From contig NC_045706.1 in the NCBI RefSeq assembly GCF_009834535.1, forward strand, positions 30,506,001 through 30,570,000: a DNA stretch of 64,000 nucleotides. The letters are read 5' to 3'. Below, in pieces: positions 39,046 to 51,371 of this stretch (its first letter is position 1; the number at the start of each line of letters is the position of its first letter). Made by a program: the position numbers and the translations under genes. The notes beneath the pieces are model-generated. The model made no database searches, was not told the origin of the DNA, and saw only the letters and a program-made list of their open reading frames with translations. This DNA is from Camelus ferus (Eukaryota).

Positions 39046-39942
39046 GTTTAAGTGACTTGCCACCATCTCATGACCAGTTAGTGATAGTCCAAGAGATAGA
39101 ACCCAGATTGCTGGGTATCTGGCTTTTCTTTTCTTTTTTTTTGTTTTTTTCTTTTCTGAAATGTTAATTGCTTTGTTGCCAGTTTGGGAATTATGCTTTG
39201 ATTCAATATTCTATTAGAACACATTGTGATCAATGAAATCACTGTTCAATATAATAGGGTGTAGTCACAGACAGTATTAGAGTTCTATTATACGCATGTT
39301 CAGCTCTAGTGGGAGTACCAGTGAGCTTTTTAAAACAAAATGTAAAATGCTTATGTATCTTGTTATATTGCATTGAAAAAACATGACTGTAGCTTCTCTG
39401 AACATTAAAAGAAAGTATATGAAATAACATCTGATCTCTTATTTATTTATTTTTAAAAGTCTAATGTTAGGATTTAATATTATAAAAGTTACATCTTCTA
39501 TTTCAGAGGCTTTATTGTTACTGGAATAGCTAAATTGTGTTTTAAAATAATGAAAGAAAAATTCTACCCCTACCTTTAACTTTAGGAAGTAAAGCTTATT
39601 TCTCATATTGTGATAATGAAAATGAGTGGTGGTATGAGGCTGTATGTAGTTCAGCAGTAGGATGGAAGCTCTCTTTATCCCCAGAGAGTTACTGATAGAA
39701 AATGTTCAAAACAATATAACAGTATTCAGTAGAAAGTGAAAGCCTCTCTACTGTGTTCACTCTCAACAGTTTAGTATTTACCCTTTTAGGTCTTTTTTGA
39801 ATTTATAGACATGTATAGTATATATTTGCATATTTTTTAAAGCTAAATATACTCACACTGTGCTTTCCCCCTAACTCACTAATATATTATTGACACAGAA
39901 CAACTTCTGAGCAAATAAAATCCTTAATTTTTTGCATTTCAG

Positions 39943-40019
39943 TATCAAAGGCATACAAAGTTTGTAAATGACTATATTTTATATTACGGTGGCAAAAAAG
40001 AAGACTTCAGGCGATCGGG
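39943..40019 (+). CDS. FRA10AC1: FRA10AC1 exon 5 (77 nt): YQRHTKFVNDYILYYGGKKEDFRRS
   Basis: tttcag|TAT...TCGGG|gtaagt. Confidence 0.96.
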
Positions 40020-40884
40020 GTAAGTGTCATGAAATTTACACAATGGGAAGAGGGTATGGATGTCTTTCAAGACTCACAGCTACTGTGTCTTCTGATTCTG
40101 TCCTTTTTCTGCTGCTTTCCATTCCAGTTTCTTTGTTACATCGTCGGATGGAGAGGCCATCCATAGCTTCTAGCTAAGTAGCTCATCATGAACCCTGTTT
40201 CTCTGGCAACAGGCCTCAGGTAGCCTGCTTAGCCAGAGCTGATCCTGGCAATAAGAGGGTATTTGAGGAATACTCATGTGCCTGACTCTGCAGTAATTTT
40301 TTTTTTTTCCACAAGGATCTCTGAAATAATAAACTGTTTAGACTTCAGTGTTTGGGATTGCCTTTTTAGAGGTAGGGCAAACAAGAAACCTCACTAATAG
40401 TCCCCACACATGAAATTCCTCCTTACAGCTGAGACTCTTCTGTCAGAGCCTCCTGGTTTTGTGTGGGTTTTTACCTCTGATTTAACAACTTTCTGAGTTG
40501 GTAGAGCCCTAAAAAACTTCATATCATCTCATCTACCCCAAACTTTCCTCTCAGTTTACCCTGTATTCCCCAGCAACCCCTTGTTCTAGCCCCAGACTGT
40601 TACCATCTTGACAGATCATCTTCAACTCCTTCCCTCTTTACTCAATCTTCCTAGGAAACTAGTAAAATGAGGTATGGAAAGATTCTTCATATATTTTTAG
40701 AATTAGATCGCAATAAGATGGTGTTACTGACTTATTTTAGATTCTGAAACTTATTTTCATTCATTTTTCCTTAACCATTTAGTTTATTCAGATTTCTCAT
40801 CCTAGCTTTGGTAATTTAGCACCCTTTGTATAATTGAAACCAATGATAGAGATGGGTAGATTCCTTATCCATTTAACTCACTTT

Positions 40885-43212
40885 CTTTTTTAATTGAAAT
40901 ATAGTTAATTTACAGTGTTGTGTCAACTTCTGGTGTACAGTGTAATACTTCAATTATACATATACATACTCATTTTCATTTTTTTCATTGTAAGTTACTA
41001 CAAGATACTGAATATAGTTCCATGTGCTATACAGTATAAACTTGTTAATCTGTTTTATATATATAGTAGTATCTGCAAATCTTGATCTTCCTATTTACTG
41101 CTTCCCACGCTCTTCCCCCTCTGGTAGCCATAAGTTTTTTTTTTATGTCTGTGAGTCTGTTTCTGTTTTGTAGATAAGTTCATTTGTTTTGATTTTTTTT
41201 TTTTTTTAGATTCCACATATGACTGATATCATGTGGTATTTTTATTTTTTTTTTCCTTTCTGGCTTACTTCACTTACAATGACAATCTCCGGGTCCATCC
41301 ATGTTGCTGCAAATGGCATTATTTTACTCTTTTTTATGGCTGAGTAGTATTCCATTGTATAGATATACCACAACTTCTTTATCCAGTCATCTGTCGATGG
41401 ACATTTAGGTTGTTTCTATGTCTTGGCTATTGTAAATAATGCTGCTATGAACACTGGGGTGCATGCATCTTTTTGAAATAAGAGTTCTTTCTGGATATAT
41501 GCCCAGGAGTGAGATTGCTGGATCATGTGGTAAGTCTGTTTTCAGTGTTTTGAAGAATCTCTGCATTGTTTTCCATAATGGCTGCACCAAACTGCATTCC
41601 TACCAACAGTGTAGAAGGGTTCCCTTTTCTCCACACCCTCTCCAGCATTTATCATTCATGAACTTTTGAATGATGGCCATTCTGACTGGTGTGGGGTGAT
41701 ATCTCATTGTAGTTCTGATTTTCATTGCTCTGATAATTCGTGATATTGAGCATTTTTTCATGTACCTATTGGCCATTTGTATGTCTTCACTGGAGACTTG
41801 TTTGTTTAGGTCCTCTGCCCATTTTTGGACTGGGTTTTTTGTTTGTTTGTTTGTTTTTTTGTTATTAAGTTGTGTGAGCTGTTTATATATTCTGGAGATT
41901 AAGACCTTGTTAGTGGCATTATTTGCAAGTATTTTCTCATTCCGTAAGTTGTCATTTTGTTTTGCTGTGGTTTCTTTTGCTATGCAAAAGCTTATAAGTT
42001 TAATTAGGTCCCATTTGTTTATTTTTGCTTTTATTTCCATTGCCTGGTTAGACTGCCCTAGGACAACATTGCTAAGATTTATGTCACAGAATGTTTTGCC
42101 TATGTTTTCTTCTAGGAGATTTATCATGTCTTGTCTTATATTTAGGTCTTTAAGACATTTTGAGTTAATTTTTGTGTATGGAATGAGGAAGTGTTGTAAA
42201 TTCATTGATTTACAGGCTGATATCCAGTTTTCCCAACACCACTTGCTGAAGAGACTGTCTTTTCTCCATTGTATATTCTTGCCTCCTTGGTTGAAGATTA
42301 GCCGACCATGGGTCTGTGGATTTATTTCTGGGCTCTCTGTTCTGTTCCATTGATCTGTATGTCTGTTTTTATGCCAATACCATGGTTTTTTGATTACTGT
42401 AGCTCTGTAGTATTGTCTGAAGACTGGGAGGGTTATTCTTCCAGCTTCTTTCTTTTTCTTCAGCATTTCTTTGGTAATTCTGGGTCTTTTGTGATTCCAT
42501 ATTAATTTTAGGATTATTTGTTCTAGTTTTGTGAAAAATGTCTTTGGTAATTTGATAGGGATCATGTTAAATCTGTAGATTGCTTTAGGTAGTATGGCCA
42601 TTTTAACAATATTAACTCTTCCAATCCAATAATATGGGATAAGTTTCCATTTCTTTAGGTCATCTTTAATTTCCTTACTTGATGTTTTGTAGTTCTCTGC
42701 ATATAAGCCTTTCACTTCCTTGGTCAGATTTATTCCCAAGTATTTTATTTTTTTGGATGCGATTTTAAAAGGGATTGTTTCTTTACTTTCCTTTTCTGAT
42801 ATTTCATTGTTAGTGTAAAGAAATCCAACTGATTCCTCTGTGTTAATCTTGTATCCTCCTACCTTGTTGAATTCTTTTATCAGCTCTCATAGTTTTTCTG
42901 TGGAGCCTTTAGGGTTTTCTATATATAGTATCATGTCATCCACATATAGTGACAGTTTTACCTTTTCTCTTCCAATTTGGATTCCTTTTATTTCTTTTTC
43001 TTGTCTATTTGCTATGGCTAGGATTTCCAGTACTATATTGAATAGAAGTGATGAGAGTGGGCATCCTTGTCTTGTTCCAGGTTTTAGTGGGAAGGCTTTC
43101 AGCTTTTCACCATTGAAAAGTTGTAGGTTTGTCATAAATAGCTTTTATTATGTGGAGATATATTCCATCTATACCCACTTTGGTTAGAGTTTTTACCATA
43201 AATGAGTGTTGA
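40885..43212 (-). mobile_element. 5'-truncated L1 (about 2.3 kb), antisense in intron 5, frameshifted ORF2
   Basis: Minus ORFs 42887-43135 (GTRQGCPLS...YVDD), 41600-42739 and 41405-41590; candidate TSD TAACTCACTT 40874-40883 vs TAACTTGCTT 43213-43222. Confidence 0.96.
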
Positions 43213-43431
43213 TAACTTGCTTCTGTAGCAGCATTCTTTGTAAGTGCCATTTGAAAATATACTTAAATACATTTTATAAATATATATACATACCTACTCA
43301 CAGATAAAACTGTCTTTATCTTTGTGTATCTTATTTTTACTCAGGTGTGGAAAAAATCTCAGAACTGTTTAACCTCCTAAATTTGACTAATTTTGTGTTC
43401 ATATTAAATTAAAATTGTTTTATTTTTCCAG

Positions 43432-43515
43432 GGAAAATGACAAGACAGACATGGATGTTATACGAGAAAATCATAGATTTCTATGGAATGAGGAGGATGA
43501 AATGGACATGAATTG
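43432..43515 (+). CDS. FRA10AC1: FRA10AC1 exon 6 (84 nt): (G)ENDKTDMDVIRENHRFLWNEEDEMDMN
   Basis: tttccag|G...AATTG|gtaatt. Confidence 0.96.
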
Positions 43516-44092
43516 GTAATTTTAGCCACGTGAGGAATAATGCATCAAATGCTATAGTCCTCTCTCCTCTGCTCTGAGTGTTTGCTTACCTTGTCAGCTG
43601 TCCAAAGCATTCAGCCCCTGCATAGGACAATTGTGAATCAAGAACATAAAACCATGCCTCAGATGATTGAATCTGGTTTGATTCTTTTGGTAATTTTTAG
43701 CAATTTGAACTGACTTCTTCTTGCTTGACTTTGTCATTAAAAAATAATTTATAAAATTTTTACACAATTGTTTATTGTCTTGTAATACGTTTTTTTTTTA
43801 ATTTTAAAAATATTTTGGAAAAGTATAATACCTGAAAATGGTTTTAAAAAGTCAAACATTACAGAAGGTAAAAAGTAAAGAGTAGAGTCTCCTCATCTCT
43901 ATCAGACTTTGAGTTTCCCTCCCTGAGAGACCCACTATTGATAGTGAATATTCAGATATTCTATACACATGTAAGTAATAGGCCTCTTTTAAAACATTTA
44001 TATCATATGCGCTATTTATTTGACATTGCTTCCAAGTACCAAGCAGTGATTGAATTTCCATGTTTAAGATTTGTATTTTTTTTTTAATGGAG

Positions 44093-44177
44093 GGAGAAGA
44101 GACTTGCAAAGAAATACTATGATAAATTATTCAAGGAATATTGCATAGCAGATCTCAGCAGATACAAAGAAAATAAG
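44093..44177 (+). CDS. FRA10AC1: FRA10AC1 exon 7 (85 nt): (W)EKRLAKKYYDKLFKEYCIADLSRYKENK
   Basis: taatggag|G...AATAAG|gtatgc; rare GAG acceptor is required to keep frame. Confidence 0.95.
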
Positions 44178-46966
44178 GTATGCCTTCCGAATATTTATAG
44201 AAGAAATTTATTATTCATGTACAGTATTACTTTTTAATGTACTCTTGTGCCCCACCTTATTCTTTTAAAGATGCTAATTCAAGTCTAAGTTGTCCTGCAT
44301 CTGTGAAGTTTCCGTTGGACCATTTAACCTCTTTAGCTATGAAACTTACAAAGGGCCCCTTAGTCAAGGGTGCCTCTTTGTGAGCTGAGGCATGAACAGT
44401 CTATAGTTAAATACAAGTAGCTACTGGATCTTGTTTTATCCTGACTCTCGCAGAGCCTCTAGTGATTATAATGACTGGTTTGACACTGCAGCATTGATGT
44501 CTTATTTCACAAATGACACTTGAAGTTGATAGGCTTTTTTTTTTTCAAATTACCATTTATAGAGAAACAGATGCACATCTTCTGTTGTATAAATGTCTGT
44601 TCTAGTAAAATTAGCTCTTATCAGTGCCAGTTAATAATGGCAAATTTCCCTTCTGTCTCTACATCTTATTTTGATGAATATTAAAGCAATTTTTATTCCT
44701 ATGTTAAATTTCATATTTGTAGCTAGAGAAGATGACCAAGGAACAGATGATCTCAGTTTGAAATGGGAGGGGAGGGAATGTTGCATAAATCTGTATGTTT
44801 TGCATAATGTACATTTGTATTAAGAAAGACAACTATTTAAAAAGTTATCTTAGATTTGTTTATCGTAAGAATTTCTTTTTCACTTAAATAGTTAAATCTC
44901 AGACCTTCATTGCTTGAATAATGTTTTCAGTAGTCCCTTTTATATGTGGGTTGCTTCACAATATTCTTAAGGATAATAATAGTGTCCATTTTTATAACCT
45001 TGTTTACAAATTCATGCACTTGGTGTATCCCAGAGAGTTCCTCAGTTTCTTGTGAACTGGCTCTCATCTCTGGGATAGTTATTGACCGTATCAAATCCAA
45101 AAAGCACCAAAGCAGTTGGAGGTTCTTGAAGTTATTATACTGAAGCTTAAGTCTTTCTAGAAGCATAAAACAAAGCAGCTTTTTCAACCCTGGTTCATTG
45201 GTTAATTGTTTTCCAGTATTTATTGAAGACTGGGCTTGGTGAGCTGGGTTAAAACATGGTGTCTGCCATTCAGAAAAGAACTACAGTTGAGGGAAGAAAG
45301 TAGACATAAATAATTAAATATTTGTATTCCCCATTTATAAAAACCCAGTATATTATTGAAACTCACACTCTAACGTGCATAATCGTGAAACAAATTATAT
45401 TTTCCTATTAGAACATGATAAGTTAGTTAGATACAAAGTAAGTGCAAATGAGAAATCAGATGTGACTTGCCTGTTTTGAGAACAGATACTAGAGAAATAG
45501 GAAATACAGCGAGAGGGGGAGTTTTGAAAAAGACTTTTCTAGAGGAGTTTAACATTCACAGCAAAATTGAGGGGAAAGTACAGAGATTTCCCATAGTAGC
45601 CCCTGCCCCACATATATGAGAGGGATCATTTTGGGAAAGATAATGACTTTTTTAGCATGCCATGTTTGAGATGTTGGAGAAAAAATAATGTCTTCGACTT
45701 TTTTCTAGGATGCATTTTCTCATAGTTCTACATACACAAAGAGTGTTTTATTCATTTTTAGTTAACCAGCTCCTAGCTCAATGCCTAATATAGGTAGTAG
45801 ATACTTAGGGCATTTTTAGTGAATTTCAGCTTTTGTCCCACACCCCCATTTCCTTCTTTGTTGCTTTTTCCCTTTCATCACTGCAAATTTGGTTGGACCA
45901 TTGTATCAGTTTGGGTTAGATTAAGCTGCAGGGACCAGCAAGCACTCCCAAGTAACAGTGGCTTGAATGAGCTTCCTTGTTTTCCTTTTACATTAAAGTT
46001 CAAATAGATGGCCATGGAACTTTGTTGTGTCAGAAAGTCAGGAGACTTTTCTCTTACTGCTTGTGTGTGTGACCTTTGTGCTAGAGGGTAGAGTAAGAAG
46101 AAGAGGAAGCTAAGCCCCAAACCCTGAGTAATTCCAGTGTTTAACCAATCCACAGGAAAATATGTCAGGAAAGAATAGAAAAACATACTGAGACAAAACT
46201 TCTATGCAGTCTTTAGTAGGACATATTGTAGTTGTTACATTTCTTATCCCATTATAAGATTGCAACCTTCTTGGTGACAAGCATTTATTTTAATAATCGC
46301 TTTATACCTTCAGCTGAGCGCCAAGCCCAGTAAATTATTGCTTAATAATTATTTGTTGAGTAGATTAATGAATGAAAGAAAAAGTTTGGACACTATTGCT
46401 GTACACATTTGACTGCACTTCAGTGGACAGCCCAGCATATGTTGGATGGCAGACAATCCTCACATACATAAGTGGGCTTAAAAATAGAATTAAACACTTA
46501 TTTTGAATTTTTTATTTCTTTTTTTCCTAGACTGGTGGATTTTATTTTCATTGGGTTTTAATCAGAATATTTTTAAATATTTTGAGCCCTCATTTGCATT
46601 TAAAATACAAAATTGACTAATTCAAGTAATAGATGATTTTAAAATAAAATAAAAATAAGCATTGAACACTTAACTGAATTCTGTTAATTACAACAACCTA
46701 TGAGATTAGGATTTTTATACGTAAAAAGGAAATGGACTAAGAAGTTAAGTAACTTTCCCAAGCTCACAGAACTAGTGTGATAGAGCTTGCATTGGGTCAG
46801 CATCATTCTAGAGCTGAGCTTTTAACTCTTATGGTAAACTGAATAGAAAACTAAACCATTTACTAAAGTTATAGTAATTTAGCATATGAATATGAATCTT
46901 AAAAGGCAGTGGAGGAAAACATTTTATCATTTTAACATTTTATCATTTTTAGTGAGAAAGCAAATA

Positions 46967-47164
46967 CAGTTGACCCTTGAACAAGCGTGGATTTGAACTG
47001 AGCAGGTTCACTTATATATGCGTGATTTCTTTCACTGTTACATTCCACCCTACTAAGTGATCTGCAAGCCGTGGATATGAAGGGCTAAGTGTAAAGTTAC
47101 ACTTGGATTTTCAGCTGCGTGGGGGTCAGCACCCCTAGACCCTTTGTTGTTCGAGGGTTAGCTA
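46967..47164. mobile_element. Tigger2/MER8-like DNA transposon, second copy
   Basis: TA|cagttgacccttgaacaa...ttgttcgagggttagct. Confidence 0.8.
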
Positions 47165-47932
47165 CAAAGTAATGTTTAGGAATCTCAGAAGGAAATTTAA
47201 AAACTTTCTACTTGCAGGCTCCAGATTGATGCTATTGTTCTTTCCTATTCATTACAATGCTGTTACTGTGGGAAAAGAGCCATATACAAATGAGTGGGTG
47301 TGGTTGTGGTCCAATAAATCTTTATTTATAAAAATAGTCAGCAGGCCCCTGGACCATTGTTTGCTATGCACCAGGTAGTATTTTAAGTACTTTATATCTA
47401 TTATCCCATTTAAACCTCTTAACCCAAAGAAATAGGTACTCATATTATCTCCACTTTACATAAGAGGAAACCGAGACAGAAATGGAGTAAATAACTTGTT
47501 CAATATTATACAGCTGTCAAGTGGTAGAGCTAAGACATAAACCCAGTCTAACTCCAAAGACTGCACTCTGTTGCACTATAGTATACTGTCTCTTTACTGT
47601 ACTATAGCTTTTTTTTTTCCTGTGATTGTCATAGAATAGGATATTTTTTTATTAATTTACATATCTTGCATTTGGCGCCTATAACTTTTAATAGGGCATT
47701 TAAATGTTGTGAAGATTGTTCCTTAACAAAGAAGTTGGTAATAGTTCAAATGTATTTTTAAGTGTCTAGACTCCTATAAGGACAGAAAAAGATATCATGA
47801 TGGGATTTAGGTCTACTTTTTAGATTACTGAGTGTCATCATGTCAATTGTTGACTCCATGTTAAGATTTATATACAATTTAAGTAATGTTTAAATTTACC
47901 CTGGCATAGATGTAATTTTTTTTTCTCGTCAG

Positions 47933-47978
47933 TTTGGATTTAGGTGGCGAGTAGAAAAAGAAGTGATTTCAGGAAAAG
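47933..47978 (+). CDS. FRA10AC1: FRA10AC1 exon 8 (46 nt): FGFRWRVEKEVISGK
   Basis: gtcag|TTT...AAAG|gtaatt. Confidence 0.96.
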
Positions 47979-50071
47979 GTAATTCTTTTTTTAATTTTAC
48001 TTTTTAATAGGATAAGATTATTTTGTTATATTATTGAATTGAAGTCAATGGGTAATATTATTCCTGATACATACAATAAGTAATTATCTATAAAATACAG
48101 AGTAAAATTAGAGAAGGTATATTAATGATATGTTGCTAACAAAGGTCAAAATATAATGTGTTAGTGATTTTTACTTTGAGAATATTCTATTGAGGATAGG
48201 TAGAAAATGTTTAAAGAGTTAAAGATTTTACAGCAAGGAAACTATCAACAGATGAATATTGACTTTTTCTTTCTATCATTTTTTGGAATAATGAGTTGGT
48301 ATTGCTGCATTCCAGTCAAATCCACAGTTTTAGAAATTAAACTACTTGGAACCTAATAGAATTTTTAGAGAGGCTAGTTCTTGTTTTATGGAGTCACTGA
48401 GTTTAAGCCCAAATACTTAGATTAGCAGCAAAAGATCAAACATTTGGTAGACAGTCAGTAAATGCTTTTTCTATGCATTGTGATCTCTTCATGAAGTTTT
48501 TTTGAAACTTTAATATCTCTGTACTATCTCATGCCATAAAATTAGTTGTTTATCGGTAATTGCATTTTTAAGTGTTAATACTTCTAAACACTACATGGGA
48601 GTGTTAAGGAAATAATTTTAAACTGATAACTTAAAAAATCTTCTAAACTGAAAATAAAGGTTTCATTTAAAATGATTAAACATTTATGGTATCAGTGTGG
48701 CTTATATACATCTTCCGTAAATTAGATGTCTATGTCAGTTGTGAAATTGGATATGCAGTAAAAAAATTAATAAACAGTAGGATTTTTTTAAGGTTATAAA
48801 GGATCAGCCCTGAAGGTACTAGAGGAGAAGGAAAAAGAATAAATTTAAAGCTACTTTTAACATATCGTAGTATAACATTTTAGTTTGTTTTTACCTAAAA
48901 CAATGAGGAATGTTGAAATGTCTCATAATTTTAAAATTTTGTACTTTTATAGAATGGAATTTTCAAGTGGTGGTAAATAATGCTGCCTTATAATAAAATT
49001 GATGGACATTCTCTAAATTTCTATAATTGAAAGAAAGGATTAGTTGGGAAGGGAAGAGAAAGCTATTTGCTGTGATTTATGAAGTATAATCTTATTGCTA
49101 TTTTAACAATAGAGCCATTACTAAACGTGCACAGATTCAGTAAAGTATTCATTTGGAATGAGTTTAAAAAAAATGCCGATTTAGAAAAGTTACCAGCCTT
49201 TGGACTGATAATTTTCAAAATTCGTTTTGATAATCCCTTTTTTATGAAAAGTTCAGGTGTGTTCCTGTTGGTGTAAATTATTGAGATATAATTTTTCTTT
49301 TAGTTTGTACAAATAAATTTGATCTCTTTCTGTCGAAGTTACTAATTGTAGAGTAGTTTCTTTTTTCTTTTTTTCTCTTGGATCATCAGTACTCTTGCGG
49401 AAGGTTTTGATACACAGTGGATATGGTAATACTTCATTGATTTTAGCGTCAAGTGGTTCTAAAATTTAGAGCATCAGATTTGATTACTTATTCTACATAA
49501 TCTTAATGGTAGCATTTTTTTAAACTTTTTTTTTTAATTGAAGTGTAGTCAGTTTACAGTGACAAAATGCTAACATTTTAAAATGTACTTTAAGCACCAT
49601 TTTATGCTGGTACTTAAATTCCATTATGTTAATGCTTAAAAATAGCAATTCTAATCCATTTTAATATTATTAAATATTGAAAAGGATTCACCTTGGTATA
49701 AGGTATGTACTTTGGAAAATACGTTTATTCTTTTAGCGTATTAGCAAGTACTCTTTTTAAGTACTCTCATTTTCTAAAGTGTAAGATTCTCTAATAGGGA
49801 GTCACTGAAACTGTATCTAAATACGAAGTCCATCTATCGAGTAAGAAATCTGGAACCGATTTTTTTTTTAAAACAGTTCATTCAGCAATTTGATTTAATT
49901 GTTGAATGTACTATAATTATCGTGTTCAGTTTTTTAATGCTGACTATAGAACTATGTATGTTATGGATGTGATGTACGTATGTTAAGAGTAAATTTCAGA
50001 GATAGTTCCAGGTTATATAGATAAATATTGTCACCAACCATCATAGCTAATATTCCTTCCTTTATTTGCAG

Positions 50072-50185
50072 GCCAGTTTTGCTGTGGAAATAAATGTTGT
50101 GAGAAAAAAGAAGGCTTAAAGAGTTGGGAAGTTAATTTTGGTTATATTGAGCATGGTGAAAAAAGAAGTGCACTTGTTAAATTAA
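50072..50185 (+). CDS. FRA10AC1: FRA10AC1 exon 9 (114 nt): (G)QFCCGNKCCEKKEGLKSWEVNFGYIEHGEKRSALVKL
   Basis: ttgcag|GC...TTAA|gtaagt. Confidence 0.96.
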
Positions 50186-51328
50186 GTAAGTTTAACTTTA
50201 GATAGGATATGATTGATTTCTTCAAAGTGTAGCTAGTAATTTAGATTTTAAAATAAGTGGGCTAATTTAAGATTAAATTTAAAAATTGTAATGTACCTTC
50301 CAAAAAGTGCTCTTTTTTTCTCAGAGCTTCCTAACGTTGCAAAGAACTTACGAGCCTAAAACTTTTATATTTTCAACATTACGGTGACATTTAGGTGAAA
50401 CAATCATAATGCCAAATGCAAACGAGTAATTTGTAAAGTGAAAACCTCTTTCCATTAACTTCAAGAATGTCACCAATGCAGAGTGAGATGCAGAGTATAA
50501 GGAAAAGCAGTGTAAAATCTCACATTACCTATTAGCCATCTTGTTATGATGTGGATAATAAATAAATACACTCTTTGTGTCAATAAAGAAAAAATTTTAG
50601 TAAGGCATATTCTTGATATCTGTCTTAAAAGTTTTGGGTTATAACCCAGAATATAACAGTTTCTCTTAATATGCATGTTTTAGAATCTGTTGCTCATTCT
50701 GTTTTTTTCCTAAGCTAATGTGTCAGCTTCTCTGCAGCATGTTAACAGCCTTCTCTGATTCCTAAATAAATGTGCCCTTTAAAGTTTTCTGCCCACTCCA
50801 GGGAGAAGTCAATTTCCTGGTATGCTACTTAACTCACACCTAATGAGGGCTGGTTTCTCAGTGGCTCCTGGAAGTGCTATTGAGGAATAGTCAGCTGGGG
50901 TGAATTGAGATTAAAGTCAAAAAGAGACCTCAATTGTGGGACTTTTATAAAAGCTCTTTTCCATTGGGAAATTCTAGAGTACTTCAGAGGAAATGACTGT
51001 ACCCACACTATTGTCGTTAGGTATCTTTGATGTGAGATACACATTAACGCTACCTATGAAACAGTATGCTTTTAGAATAAATTGACAGCACCATTTTCTA
51101 AAGTAATGTCAGAGTATGTTCAATTCCTCAATCGTTCTAATACAATTTTTACTATATGGATGCATTTTTTGAGGTGGAGAGAATAAGATTGTTTTCTTCA
51201 GATTATTTGTTTCCCCTCTTAATGTAAAGGAATGTAAGGAAAAATGACAAATTTATGATATCACAAGTAAAGTAGCAGTACCATTATTCAAATTTAGCAA
51301 TTCAGTGATGTTACTTTTTTTTTTTAAG

Positions 51329-51371
51329 GATTATGTCAAGAATGCTCCTTCAAATTAAATTTCCATCACAG
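51329..51371 (+). CDS. FRA10AC1: FRA10AC1 exon 10 (43 nt): (R)LCQECSFKLNFHH
   Basis: tttttaag|GA...CACAG|gtaata. Confidence 0.95.

Larger units (their letters stand above)
37403..39942 (+). other. FRA10AC1: U12-type (minor spliceosome) GT-AG intron 4
   Basis: 5' site GTATCCTTT; branch site TCCTTAAT 39921-39928 with the branch A about 15 nt before the final AG. Confidence 0.92.

Noticed and set aside
44178..44187. Intron 7 donor GTATGCCTT as a second U12 intron
   Set aside because: The G at +5 breaks GTATCCTT and fits the U2 consensus; no CCTTAAC-like branch site near 47932.
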